Source of the DNA: Eubacteriales bacterium
GTDB taxonomy: Bacteria; Bacillota; Clostridia; Lachnospirales; Lachnospiraceae
Length of the DNA: 64,000 nt
Reading direction: 5' to 3'
NCBI GenBank assembly: GCA_030524225.1
Contig: JAUNGV010000001.1
Location: 25,916 to 89,915, forward strand
Position 1 is the first letter of the stretch. Every line of letters starts with the position of its first letter. The notes below the pieces were generated by a model. The model was not told where the DNA came from. It ran no database searches and was given only the letters and a program-made list of their open reading frames with translations. Made by a program: the position numbers and the translations under genes. Positions 12,464 to 21,769 of the stretch are shown here, piece after piece.

Positions 12464-14722
12464 CTATCCTAAATCAAGAATTTTTTGAATTTCTTCCCGT
12501 GTTTTGTTTCGCGCTATTGCATGTAAAGGAAGACCACCCAGCATAGCCTCCATCATTTCCGGTGTCAGAGCGGTATTTTCATCCGTGGCCGGTGTGGAGG
12601 TGTTTGCGTTAAACAGAGCGTTATCCTGCAGCAGCGCACCGAAGGCGTTCATCATGCCATGCTCCAGCAAATCCCCCATGGTGAGGCTTTCGCTGTAAAT
12701 CAGTCTTGGCGGCTTTGTTTTCAGCGTTACACTGGCTCGGCACAGGATATTCCGGCTGGAGTTGCCGATGCGGAGCTCATAGCATCCGCTGGGAGCGTAC
12801 CAACAGGAATTGCTGCTGCGATAGTAGGCAAATGCGCGGGTGTCCAGTACAAAGGTTACGGTTTTTTCTGCGCCCGGCTGGAGGGCTGTTTTTTCGAAAC
12901 CTTTTAATTCCTGTGCGGGACGGTAGTCCAATTGCTTTTCAGGTGGCGCAATGTACAATTGAACGACCTCGCTCCCTGCTAACAGGCCGGTGTTTTTAAT
13001 TGAAATCCGCACTGTCAGCTGCTCTCCATCGGTGAGAGTTTCTGATGATAAAGACAGCTGATCGAATGCAAAGGTGGTATAGGAGAGGCCGTGGCCGAAA
13101 GGGAATAACACTTTCATATGGCGGCTGTCGTACCAGCGGTATCCCACAAACACCCCTTCCCCGTACCGGACGGTTTGTCCGTCTCCCGGAAAATTCAGGT
13201 AGGATGGCGTATCTTCAATGCGCAGGGGGAAAGTCTCAGCCAGCTTGCCGCACGGATTGGCATCACCGTACAGCAGATCAACGGCAGCGGCCCCCACAGC
13301 CTGACCTCCAAGGTACATTTCCAGTACAGCCGCAACATGGTCAAGCCATGGCATTGCAACCGGACTGCCATTGTGCAGGACTATAATTGTATTTGGCTGG
13401 ACGGCAGCTACAGCTTCGATCAGTTCATTTTGACAGGCGGGGAGTTCCAGATGCGTGCGGTCATAGCCTTCAGATTCAAAGCTTTCCGGAAGACCGGCAA
13501 ATAACACGGCGGCCGTAGCCTGCTTTGCGGCGCTTATGGCTTCGGAGAGCAGAGCCTCGCTGCGGGTCTCTCCGTCTGCTTCCACCCCTGCCGCATAGAT
13601 CACGGGAAGAGTCTTTGCAGCCTCTACCGCGCCGATCAGACGAGAGGCATGGATGTGGCTGGATCCTCCTCCCTGGAAACGGGGAACTTTTGCAAAGGGA
13701 CCAATGAAAGCAACAGTATTTCTTTTGGACAGCGGCAGAATATTTGCCTCATTTTTCAGTAAAACGGCACACTGTGCAGCAGCTTTGCGGCTTTCTTCAT
13801 GGTGAAGTGCTTTGTCGTATTCTCCGGAAAAAGATGTTTCCGGCTGCCCTTTCAGTACCCAGTTCACGAGATCGGACACCGCGTTATCCAGCACGGTGAT
13901 GTCAAGCGATCCATCCTTTACCGCATCTACGATCAGTTGGTCGGTCAGACCGTCGCTTGCGGGCATTTCCAGATTTAATCCGGCTTGGAGTGCGCGCACC
14001 CGGTTGTTGACCGCCCCCCAATCGCTCATTACGATGCCGTCAAATCCCCATTCCTCGCGTAAAACAGTGGTAAGGAGCCACTCGTTTTCACAGCAATATG
14101 TTCCGTTCAGGCGGTTATAGGCCCCCATGATTGTCCATGGTCTGGAGTTGCGCACGGTAATCTCAAAAGCTTTCAGGTAGATTTCCCGCAGAGTGCGTTC
14201 GTCCACTGTGGAATCTGTGCTCATGCGGCGATATTCCTGATTGTTGGCGGCATAGTGTTTGACGCTGACGCCTACGTCCTGACTTTGTACCCCTTCTACA
14301 TAACTGGAAGCCATTTCTCCGGCCAAATACGGATCTTCAGAAAGGTATTCAAAATTGCGGCCGCACAAGGGGCTGCGTTTGATATTGATGGCCGGGCCAA
14401 GCAGCGTATGAATATGCTCGGATTTTGCTTCTTCTCCAAGCAGTTGTCCGATATGGCGGATCAGAGTCCGGTCAAAACTGGAAGCCATAGCGCTTCCGGC
14501 CGGAAAACAGACGGCCTCCATACTGTCATTCAAGCCGAGGTGATCAGCGGGACCGGACTGTTTGCGCAGTCCGTGAGGACCGTCGCTAACCATGACGCTG
14601 GAAAGCTGCAGGCGGGGAATGGCCTTTGTATTCCAAAAATCTGCACCGGAGCACAGACTGGCTTTTTCTTCCAGAGTCATTTGAGAGACGAGCTTTTTCA
14701 CCTGTTGTTCATATTGTTTCAT
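12464..14722 (-). CDS. GH3 beta-glucosidase/xylosidase with Fn3-like domain
   Basis: SDGPHGLRK, RNFEYLSEDP, KHYAANNQE, catalytic VMSDWG, LFPFGHGLSYT; start MKQYEQQ at 14722. Confidence 0.95.
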   Translation of the reverse strand: MKQYEQQVKKLVSQMTLEEKASLCSGADFWNTKAIPRLQLSSVMVSDGPHGLRKQSGPADHLGLNDSMEAVCFPAGSAMASSFDRTLIRHIGQLLGEEAKSEHIHTLLGPAINIKRSPLCGRNFEYLSEDPYLAGEMASSYVEGVQSQDVGVSVKHYAANNQEYRRMSTDSTVDERTLREIYLKAFEITVRNSRPWTIMGAYNRLNGTYCCENEWLLTTVLREEWGFDGIVMSDWGAVNNRVRALQAGLNLEMPASDGLTDQLIVDAVKDGSLDITVLDNAVSDLVNWVLKGQPETSFSGEYDKALHHEESRKAAAQCAVLLKNEANILPLSKRNTVAFIGPFAKVPRFQGGGSSHIHASRLIGAVEAAKTLPVIYAAGVEADGETRSEALLSEAISAAKQATAAVLFAGLPESFESEGYDRTHLELPACQNELIEAVAAVQPNTIIVLHNGSPVAMPWLDHVAAVLEMYLGGQAVGAAAVDLLYGDANPCGKLAETFPLRIEDTPSYLNFPGDGQTVRYGEGVFVGYRWYDSRHMKVLFPFGHGLSYTTFAFDQLSLSSETLTDGEQLTVRISIKNTGLLAGSEVVQLYIAPPEKQLDYRPAQELKGFEKTALQPGAEKTVTFVLDTRAFAYYRSSNSCWYAPSGCYELRIGNSSRNILCRASVTLKTKPPRLIYSESLTMGDLLEHGMMNAFGALLQDNALFNANTSTPATDENTALTPEMMEAMLGGLPLHAIARNKTREEIQKILDLG

Positions 14723-14839
14723 GGGTACTCTCCGTTTCACTGTTGATTTCTTTTTATATGATGGAAAAGATAAAGTTGTTATAGTGGCAATCATAAAGGA
14801 GAAGGAGCGTATCATGTATTCGTTTTATTTACTTTTATT

Positions 14840-14867
14840 TTGAAATAACAACTTGTTCTGTTATAAT
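14840..14867 (+). promoter_or_regulatory. Putative sigma-A promoter of the AraC regulator
   Basis: TTGAAA-N16-TATAAT with TGn extended -10. Confidence 0.55.
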
Positions 14868-14886
14868 AGCGCAAACAGACTTCAGG

Positions 14887-16068
14887 ATGGAGGAAGATGA
14901 GGTGGATATTGAGAAGGTGCTGCGGTATTATCATGAGATTTCACACATACCAATGACATTATATAAAACAGATATTCTGACGGAGGAATTCCAGTCGCGA
15001 GCTTTTTCTCCCAATCCTGCGCAGTATTATATCAGGTCAATTTTTACGATGGATCCGGGCGTCGATATGGATGTGACGATCACCAAAGACTTTCTGATGT
15101 GTGGCTATATCATAGACAGAGAGAGCGGGCAGATTATGGTGGCGGGACCGATGCTGGAGTTTCCCTGTACGCGGAAAATAGCGCGCGCTATTCTGGATGA
15201 TATGGGAGAACCTGTCAGCCGGGCGGATGAATTGGTGGCCTACTTTGAGCGGATTCCAAGAATTACCCTGACAACCTTTGTGAAAAATATGCTGTTTTTA
15301 AACATGCTCATTAATGGAGCGGACCCGGCGGAAAACTATCTTGACGAGCGGCTTCATTCACTGCTGGGACCGGAAGTCGATATACAAAATCAGCCGCTGC
15401 ACATACTTCATAATTCTCAGGATGTGGAACGGCTGATGCTCTCGTATGTGGAATATGGAAAGGTAGAGGAACTGACACAGATGCTGCGCAATCACAAGAG
15501 CATCGACGGCAGTATGGGAATGGCCGGCAACGATTCGATGAGATCCTTTAAAAATGTGGTGGTAGCTTCTATTGCACTGGTCTCGCGCAGGGCTGTAAAG
15601 GGTGGTCTGGATTTCGAAACGGCAGTGAGTGCATCGGATAGCTATCTGCAGAAGCTGGAGACTTTAGGGAGCTATGATGAGGTATTGGAGCTGTGGAGTC
15701 AAATGTTTTTGGATTATACCATACAGGTAGAGAAAATAAAGCGGCTGAATGGGAAGTCAAAGCTGGTACAGAAGATAAGCGCCTACGTTTATGAGCATAT
15801 CTATGAACGTATCAGAACAGATGAGCTCGCACAGCAGCTCGGCTACAATGCTTCCTATCTATGCAGGGTATTCAAGCAGGATACACAAAAGAATCTGGTG
15901 GATTTTATTAACGAAACAAAAATAGAAGAGGCGAGGCGGCTCCTTATTTCTTCGGATAAGACGATTATTGAGATAGCGATTGCGCTGGGATATCCCTCAC
16001 AGACTTATTTCCAGACAGTATTTAAAAAATATACGGGGGTCACGCCCGTATGTTTCCGGAATCAATAG
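14887..16068 (+). CDS. AraC-family transcriptional regulator
   Basis: C-terminal double HTH: SYLCRVFKQDT...IEIAIALGYPSQTYFQTVFKKYTGVTP. Confidence 0.92.
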   Translation: MEEDEVDIEKVLRYYHEISHIPMTLYKTDILTEEFQSRAFSPNPAQYYIRSIFTMDPGVDMDVTITKDFLMCGYIIDRESGQIMVAGPMLEFPCTRKIARAILDDMGEPVSRADELVAYFERIPRITLTTFVKNMLFLNMLINGADPAENYLDERLHSLLGPEVDIQNQPLHILHNSQDVERLMLSYVEYGKVEELTQMLRNHKSIDGSMGMAGNDSMRSFKNVVVASIALVSRRAVKGGLDFETAVSASDSYLQKLETLGSYDEVLELWSQMFLDYTIQVEKIKRLNGKSKLVQKISAYVYEHIYERIRTDELAQQLGYNASYLCRVFKQDTQKNLVDFINETKIEEARRLLISSDKTIIEIAIALGYPSQTYFQTVFKKYTGVTPVCFRNQ

Positions 16069-16082
16069 AATAAATTCTGCAG

Positions 16083-16117
16083 GCGCCATTGTGATTTTAT
16101 CACGATGGCGCTTTTTG
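16083..16117 (+). terminator. Rho-independent terminator
   Basis: GCGCCATTGTGAT-TTT-ATCACGATGGCGC followed by TTTTT. Confidence 0.7.
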
Positions 16118-16223
16118 TGTCTATAAATCAAAATAATAGTAAAAAAAACGAAGGATTGCGAGGGGGTGAGTTATTACAATGGGAACAGAAGTCATGAACA
16201 GAGTGGGCTTGAGGAGGGGGAAA

Positions 16224-16652
16224 ATGAATCAGAGATCTGTGACTGCAAAGAAAAAATTGTCAAAAAAACTACTGTTTGCATGGCCGACTAAAACTGTTTC
16301 GCTTGGAATTTCTTCTGTGTTTTTAGGTTATATTACCTACTATGCCACGGACTATATGGGGCTGGATCCTTTAAAGGTTGGTCTGGTTTTCGTATTGTCT
16401 AAAATATTTGACGGATTTACAGATTTCGTAACCGGTGTGCTGATGGGGATATCCGGTTACGACGGGCTTTTGCCCGTGCAGTCAGAATCTGCTAATTCCA
16501 TGATCATTGCGATCAACACACTGGTTCCCGCAGCTCTGGGAATTTTATTGCTGATATGCTTTTGTTTTTATGATCTGGATAAAAAAATGCCGCAGATCAG
16601 AGCGGAGCTGGATGGGAAGAAGAAACAGGCAACATGGGAAAACGCAGAATAA
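16224..16652 (+). pseudogene. Internally deleted GPH/MelB-type (MFS_2) glycoside:cation symporter
   Basis: Only 142 aa; N-terminal YYATDYMGL...SKIFDGFTD motif runs straight into C-terminal GISGYDG...FYDLDKKMPQIRAEL motif. Confidence 0.75.
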
Positions 16653-16663
16653 CAGGAGGGAAT

Positions 16664-19324
16664 ATGGACAGTAAAATTGAAAAACTACTGAAGGGAGGAG
16701 AAAGCAATCATATACTGCCGTTTTTCTGGCAGCACGGAGAAGATGAGTCGACCTTACGCAAATACATGGCGGCCATACAGGAAAGCGGCTGTGGAGCTGT
16801 GTGCGTGGAAAGCCGGCCACATCCGGATTTTTGCGGCCCCAAGTGGTGGGCGGATATGGATGTGATTTTGGAGGAGGCCAGAAACAGAGAGATGCAGGTG
16901 TGGATACTGGACGACAGTCATTTTCCCACCGGCTACGCTAACGGAGCGTTGGAAACAGCACCGGCGGCATTTTGCAGACAGAGTGTGTTTTGCAATGAGA
17001 TACGATTTGCGGAGGATCCGGAAATGATTGTTCTGGATGTAGAAAAGATGGGACATCCGCCGCAATATGAATCGGAGATGCTGGCAGCGTCCCTGGCAAA
17101 TGTGCAGTCGATCCCCCGCCATTTTGACGATGACAGGATTCTCAGTATTACTGCCGTTGGACAGAGAGGAATTTTTGATCTGGACGGCTTTGTGAGCGGA
17201 GGTATCCTGAAGTGGAACAAACCGCAGGGAGAATGGACGGTATGTGTGTGCGGGCTTTCGCGCAACTGCGGTGCGCATCGAAACTATATTAATATGATGA
17301 ATAAGGAATCCTGTCAGCTTCTGCTGGATGCGGTGTATCAGCCGCATTATGAGCATTACAAAGAGGATTTTGGCAGAACCATTGCGGGATTTTTTTCGGA
17401 TGAGCCGGAACTCGGAAATGGAAAGCCGTACGCTCAGCACAATTACATGGGAACCATGCAGGATCTGCCGTGGAGCGCAGAACTGGAGGAGCGGCTCGCA
17501 GTAGATTTGGGGGCGGGATGGGAACAGCGGCTGCCTTACCTGTGGCATGAGGAACCGGATAAAAAGGCGGCTGCCATGGTGCGTTTTACCTATATGGAAC
17601 TTGTGAGCAGGCTTGTGGAAAAGGATTTTTCCATGCCGATCGGTAACTGGTGCCGCGCGCACGGAGTGAAGTATATCGGGCATATGATTGAGGATGAGGG
17701 GCAGCATTGCCGCACGGGCTCCGGGCTGGGACACTATTTCCGCGGACTGGCAGGACAGGATATGGCTGGAATCGATGATATCGGAGGACAGGTCCTGCCG
17801 GGCGGTGAGGATATGCCGACAATGGGTCTGTTCGGGAGAACACGCGGCGGTGAGTTCTATCACTACGGCCTTGCTGCACTGGCAGCCTCTGCTGCGGCCA
17901 TTGATCCGGCAAAGCAGGGAAGGGCCATGTGCGAGATTTTCGGAAGCTACGGCTGGAAGTGCGGTCCGCGCATGGAGAAATATCTGGTGGATCATTTTCT
18001 GGTGCGGGGAATCAATTATTTTGTACCGCATGCGTTCAGCCCGAAGCCTTATCCGGATCCGGATTGTCCCCCGCACTTCTATGCGCACGGCCATAACCCG
18101 CAGTACCGCTATTTCGGGCAAATTATGCGTTATGTGAATCGTGTGGCGAATCTTATCAGTGGAGGACAAAGAGCGGCATCTGTCGCGGTGCTGTATCATG
18201 CCGAGGCGGAATGGACGGGGCGTGCGATGCCCTTTGAGAAACCGTTTCGGCGGCTGTATGATGAACAGATTTGCTGTGATGTGATACCGTGGGATGTTTT
18301 CTCAGATCCGCAGAGGTACCACACGGAAGCGGGGGCGGTGCTGCAAGTGAACACACAGCATTACAAGGCGCTTGTGGTGCCGGAGGCACAGTTTGTCACG
18401 GCGGCTGCAGCGCGGGCAGTGACAAAGCTTCAAGATTCAGGTTTTCCGGTATTTTTTGTCGAAGCTTTGCCGGAGGGAATCTGTGATGGGGAGGACACGC
18501 TGCTTGACGGTTTGCGGAGCTGCGCAGTGATTTCACTGGATAATTTGCCGGATGCGGTACGCGCGGCGGGCGCTGCGGAGATGACTCTGTATCCGCCTGA
18601 TAATCGGGTGCGCGTACTGCGTTATATCGGAGAGAGTCATTATTACCTGTTGGTAAATGAGGGAGAGGCGGGTTATCGGGGCTGCCTCACTGTACCGGAA
18701 TGTACCGCCTGTTTTGGGTACAGTGCCTATACGAATCGGCTGGAACGCGTCAATGCTGTGTTGAAGGAGAATGTCACGCAGATTATGCTGGAACTGGAAC
18801 CTTTAAAGAGTCAGATTATCGTATTCGGCGGAGATGATGGATTGGTTCTGCATGAGCCATTGCAGGCGGCGGGCGGCGCTGAGATTCTTGAAGGATGGAA
18901 ACGCAGCCAGTGCAGGGGAATTGATTATCCGCATTTTGGTTCGGCAGCGCCGGTGCAGCTGCCGGATGATCTGGCGGAGGAACAGCCCGCATTTTCCGGT
19001 TATATTCGCTATGAAACAGTGTTTATGGCGGAGAGAAATCAAAGATTGGTGCTGGAAATTTCTCATGCAGAAGAAGGAGTGGAGGTTTTTGTGAATGGCA
19101 AAAGTCTTGGCCTGTCTTTTGCGCCGCCCATGCTGTACGATCTGACAGAAGCAGTTCTGGATGGAGAGAATCAGCTGGTCATCGAGATTGCGACAACGCT
19201 GGAACGGGAACGCGCGGCGGGTGAGATGAGTGAACTGGAACGAATGATGGCGCAGCCGCCCACCGGGAAATCAGGTTTGACAGGATCTGTAAAATTGTAT
19301 CGTCAGGAAAGGAGATCAATATGA
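16664..19324 (+). CDS. Large glycoside hydrolase, GH106 (alpha-L-rhamnosidase)-like with GH2-type sugar-binding C-terminus
   Basis: PFFWQHGE, WILDDSHFPTGYANG, IAGFFSDEP, MCEIFGSYGW, LVRGINYFVPHAF; family assignment by pattern only. Confidence 0.65.
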   Translation: MDSKIEKLLKGGESNHILPFFWQHGEDESTLRKYMAAIQESGCGAVCVESRPHPDFCGPKWWADMDVILEEARNREMQVWILDDSHFPTGYANGALETAPAAFCRQSVFCNEIRFAEDPEMIVLDVEKMGHPPQYESEMLAASLANVQSIPRHFDDDRILSITAVGQRGIFDLDGFVSGGILKWNKPQGEWTVCVCGLSRNCGAHRNYINMMNKESCQLLLDAVYQPHYEHYKEDFGRTIAGFFSDEPELGNGKPYAQHNYMGTMQDLPWSAELEERLAVDLGAGWEQRLPYLWHEEPDKKAAAMVRFTYMELVSRLVEKDFSMPIGNWCRAHGVKYIGHMIEDEGQHCRTGSGLGHYFRGLAGQDMAGIDDIGGQVLPGGEDMPTMGLFGRTRGGEFYHYGLAALAASAAAIDPAKQGRAMCEIFGSYGWKCGPRMEKYLVDHFLVRGINYFVPHAFSPKPYPDPDCPPHFYAHGHNPQYRYFGQIMRYVNRVANLISGGQRAASVAVLYHAEAEWTGRAMPFEKPFRRLYDEQICCDVIPWDVFSDPQRYHTEAGAVLQVNTQHYKALVVPEAQFVTAAAARAVTKLQDSGFPVFFVEALPEGICDGEDTLLDGLRSCAVISLDNLPDAVRAAGAAEMTLYPPDNRVRVLRYIGESHYYLLVNEGEAGYRGCLTVPECTACFGYSAYTNRLERVNAVLKENVTQIMLELEPLKSQIIVFGGDDGLVLHEPLQAAGGAEILEGWKRSQCRGIDYPHFGSAAPVQLPDDLAEEQPAFSGYIRYETVFMAERNQRLVLEISHAEEGVEVFVNGKSLGLSFAPPMLYDLTEAVLDGENQLVIEIATTLERERAAGEMSELERMMAQPPTGKSGLTGSVKLYRQERRSI

Positions 19325-20397
19325 AAATTATGACAGTAAGAGGGGAAATATCCCCTGAAAATCTGGGATTTACGACATTTCATGAGCACACGAATTGTGT
19401 GCTGGAGCCAATGCCTCTGCCGTTTCCGATGCCGGAGGAAAAGTTGAAGATGAAAATAGAAAATATGAATGCCCTGCGAAACGGGATGATGGTTTTCTCG
19501 GAAGAAGCAAGCGGCGTAGATGACGCAGACTATCTGACATCCGAATTTCTGGCATTTAAAGAGATAGGAGGAGGCGCGGTAGTCGATGCCTCACCCATCG
19601 GTATTCGGGGAAATGTGTCGGGAATCAGGGAAGCGTCCGAACGTGCGGATCTCCATGTTGTCTGTGCGACGGGATTGTATCATTACGGCAAACAGCCGGA
19701 GATGTTTGCCGGAAAAACAGAAAGTGAGTTGATGGCGTATTTTGAAAAGGAGATCTGCGACGGTATAGATGATACCGGAATCAGGCCCGGCTTTTTGAAG
19801 TGTGCCATGGATCAGCTGGGGCCGGATGGTGAAATTCATGAGGTGGAACAGAAAACTATCCGGGCATGTGCCAGAGTGGCGGAGAAGTACGGCATGTCGG
19901 TGCATATTCATTCAGGAGGGAGTATTACGGCGCGCCATGTGCTGAATGCAGTGGATATCGTGCTGAACGAATGCGGGGTACAGCCCGGAAAGCTTGTGAT
20001 GCTCCATATGGATTCCATGCTGCGCCCGTCTAATATGCTCACGGAATATATGACGGTTCCAGGGGCTGTGCGTACTGTGGACACTGCTTTGCAGGAGAGT
20101 ATACTGGAAAAAGGGGTCAATATCAGCTTTGATACATGGGGGACGCCATTTACAGGAGTTCTTCCGGATGATTATGATCGCATGAAAGCACTCATTATTC
20201 TTCTCAACAAAGGGTATGCATCTCAAATTGTTTTCGGACACGACACAATGGGGAAACCGCTCGGTGTTTCTTATGGATATCATGGGTTTACACGGTTTGC
20301 AACGTTTGTGCCGCCGCTGCTGCGGCAATTCGGATTTCCGGAGGATATTATGCATAAAATTGCAGTGGAAAATCCGGCAAGGATATTGATGTATTGA
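19321..20397 (+). CDS. Phosphotriesterase-family metal-dependent amidohydrolase
   Basis: IMTVRGEI...LGFTTFHEH, GGGAVVDASPIGIRG, GFLKCA, HIH, GHD, VENPARIL. Confidence 0.88.
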   Translation: MKIMTVRGEISPENLGFTTFHEHTNCVLEPMPLPFPMPEEKLKMKIENMNALRNGMMVFSEEASGVDDADYLTSEFLAFKEIGGGAVVDASPIGIRGNVSGIREASERADLHVVCATGLYHYGKQPEMFAGKTESELMAYFEKEICDGIDDTGIRPGFLKCAMDQLGPDGEIHEVEQKTIRACARVAEKYGMSVHIHSGGSITARHVLNAVDIVLNECGVQPGKLVMLHMDSMLRPSNMLTEYMTVPGAVRTVDTALQESILEKGVNISFDTWGTPFTGVLPDDYDRMKALIILLNKGYASQIVFGHDTMGKPLGVSYGYHGFTRFATFVPPLLRQFGFPEDIMHKIAVENPARILMY

Positions 20398-20419
20398 TGT
20401 TGGGAAAAGGTCAGAATCC

Positions 20420-20462
20420 CGGGATTTGTGCTGGAGCGTCACAAATCTTGATTATGGCAGAC
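20420..20462 (+). repeat. Family A partial copy (hairpin 2 plus ATTATGGCAGAC)
   Basis: CGGGATTTGTG-CTGGAGCGT-CACAAATCTTG-ATTATGGCAGAC matches 3791-3833. Confidence 0.75.
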
Positions 20463-20468
20463 AGAAAT

Positions 20469-20506
20469 AAGCCGCAAGAGACAGAGAACTCTTGCGGCTT
20501 TGTTTT
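20469..20506. terminator. Likely bidirectional terminator between convergent genes
   Basis: 12-bp perfect stem AAGCCGCAAGAG / CTCTTGCGGCTT followed by TGTTTT, A-rich on the other side. Confidence 0.75.
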
Positions 20507-20547
20507 ACAAGCATAGCGGTATCGTTTAAAGGGAGCGAGGTGGTAGA

Positions 20548-21759
20548 TCAGAACTCCTCCCAGTTTCCGCTTTCCTGCGCTTCCTTGTAGCGGGCGACAA
20601 TGTTGTTGATGCGGTCGCTCGGATTCAGAAGATCGCTGATCGAACTGTCGTGGTTCAGCGTGTCGATGATATAGGCGATATACTTGCTCATATCGCAGGA
20701 GACGTACCAGGGACGCTCCAGCAGCTCGGGCGTCTGATAGATCAGGTTGGTGGTGAGAACCAGATCGATCGCGCCGGATTCATACGCCTCGTCAAAGAGG
20801 GAGAGGCCTGCGGTAAAGAGACCGAAGGTGGAGAAGACAAAGACGCGTTTTGCCTTTCTCTTCTTTAAGGCGGCAGCGACTTCCAGTGCGCTCTCGCCGG
20901 AGGAAATCATGTCGTCTATGATAATCATGTCCTTGCCCTCGACGTTGGTGCCGAGGAATTCGTGCGCCACAATCGGATTGCGCCCGTTTACGACGCGGGT
21001 GTAGTCGCGCCGCTTGTAGAACATACCCATGTCAAGGCCGAGGACGTTGGCGATGTAGATCGCGCGCTTCATGCCGCCCTCATCGGGACTGATCACCATC
21101 ATGTGATCGGAGTCGATCGTCAGATCCGGAACCTTGTGCAGCAGGCTCTTGATGAACTGATACGCCGGCTGTACGGTTTCAAAGCCGTTTAACGGGATCG
21201 CGTTCTGAACGCGAGGATCGTGGGCGTCAAAGGTGATGATATTGTCCACGCCCATGTGGACGAGCTCCTGCAGGGCGAGGGCGCAGTCCAGGGACTCCCG
21301 GCTGGAGCGCTTGTGCTGGCGGCTCTCGTAGAGATACGGCATGATGACCGTGATCCGTCTGGCTTTGCCGCCCACCGCCGCGATGATGCGCTTTAAGTTC
21401 TGGTAGTGATCGTCCGGGGACATGTGATTCGTCTGTCCGAACAGGGAGTAGGTCATGCTGTAGTTGACCACATCCACCATGATGTAGAGATCCATGCCGC
21501 GCACGGACTGTTTCAGGACACCCTTGGCTTCGCCGGTGCCAAAGCGCGGCACATCGCCCCTGACAATGTAGGTGGGGCGCTGGTAACCGGCAAACGCAAG
21601 GCTGGCCTTGTGTTCGCTCTCGCGCTCAGCGCGCCATCTGGTCAGATAGTTGTCGACTTCCTGCCCGATGCCAGCGCATCCTTCCAGGGGGATTAAGCCC
21701 AGAGAGCCGACCGGGATGGTCTCCAGATTGCGTTTCTCTTCTCGTTTCTTGGGTTGCAT
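20548..21759 (-). CDS. prs: Ribose-phosphate pyrophosphokinase
   Basis: MPYLYESRQH, ITFDAHDPRVQ, VISPDEGG, PRPP-binding IIIDDMISSGES. Confidence 0.95.
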   Translation of the reverse strand: MQPKKREEKRNLETIPVGSLGLIPLEGCAGIGQEVDNYLTRWRAERESEHKASLAFAGYQRPTYIVRGDVPRFGTGEAKGVLKQSVRGMDLYIMVDVVNYSMTYSLFGQTNHMSPDDHYQNLKRIIAAVGGKARRITVIMPYLYESRQHKRSSRESLDCALALQELVHMGVDNIITFDAHDPRVQNAIPLNGFETVQPAYQFIKSLLHKVPDLTIDSDHMMVISPDEGGMKRAIYIANVLGLDMGMFYKRRDYTRVVNGRNPIVAHEFLGTNVEGKDMIIIDDMISSGESALEVAAALKKRKAKRVFVFSTFGLFTAGLSLFDEAYESGAIDLVLTTNLIYQTPELLERPWYVSCDMSKYIAYIIDTLNHDSSISDLLNPSDRINNIVARYKEAQESGNWEEF

Positions 21760-21769
21760 CTGCAATTCC

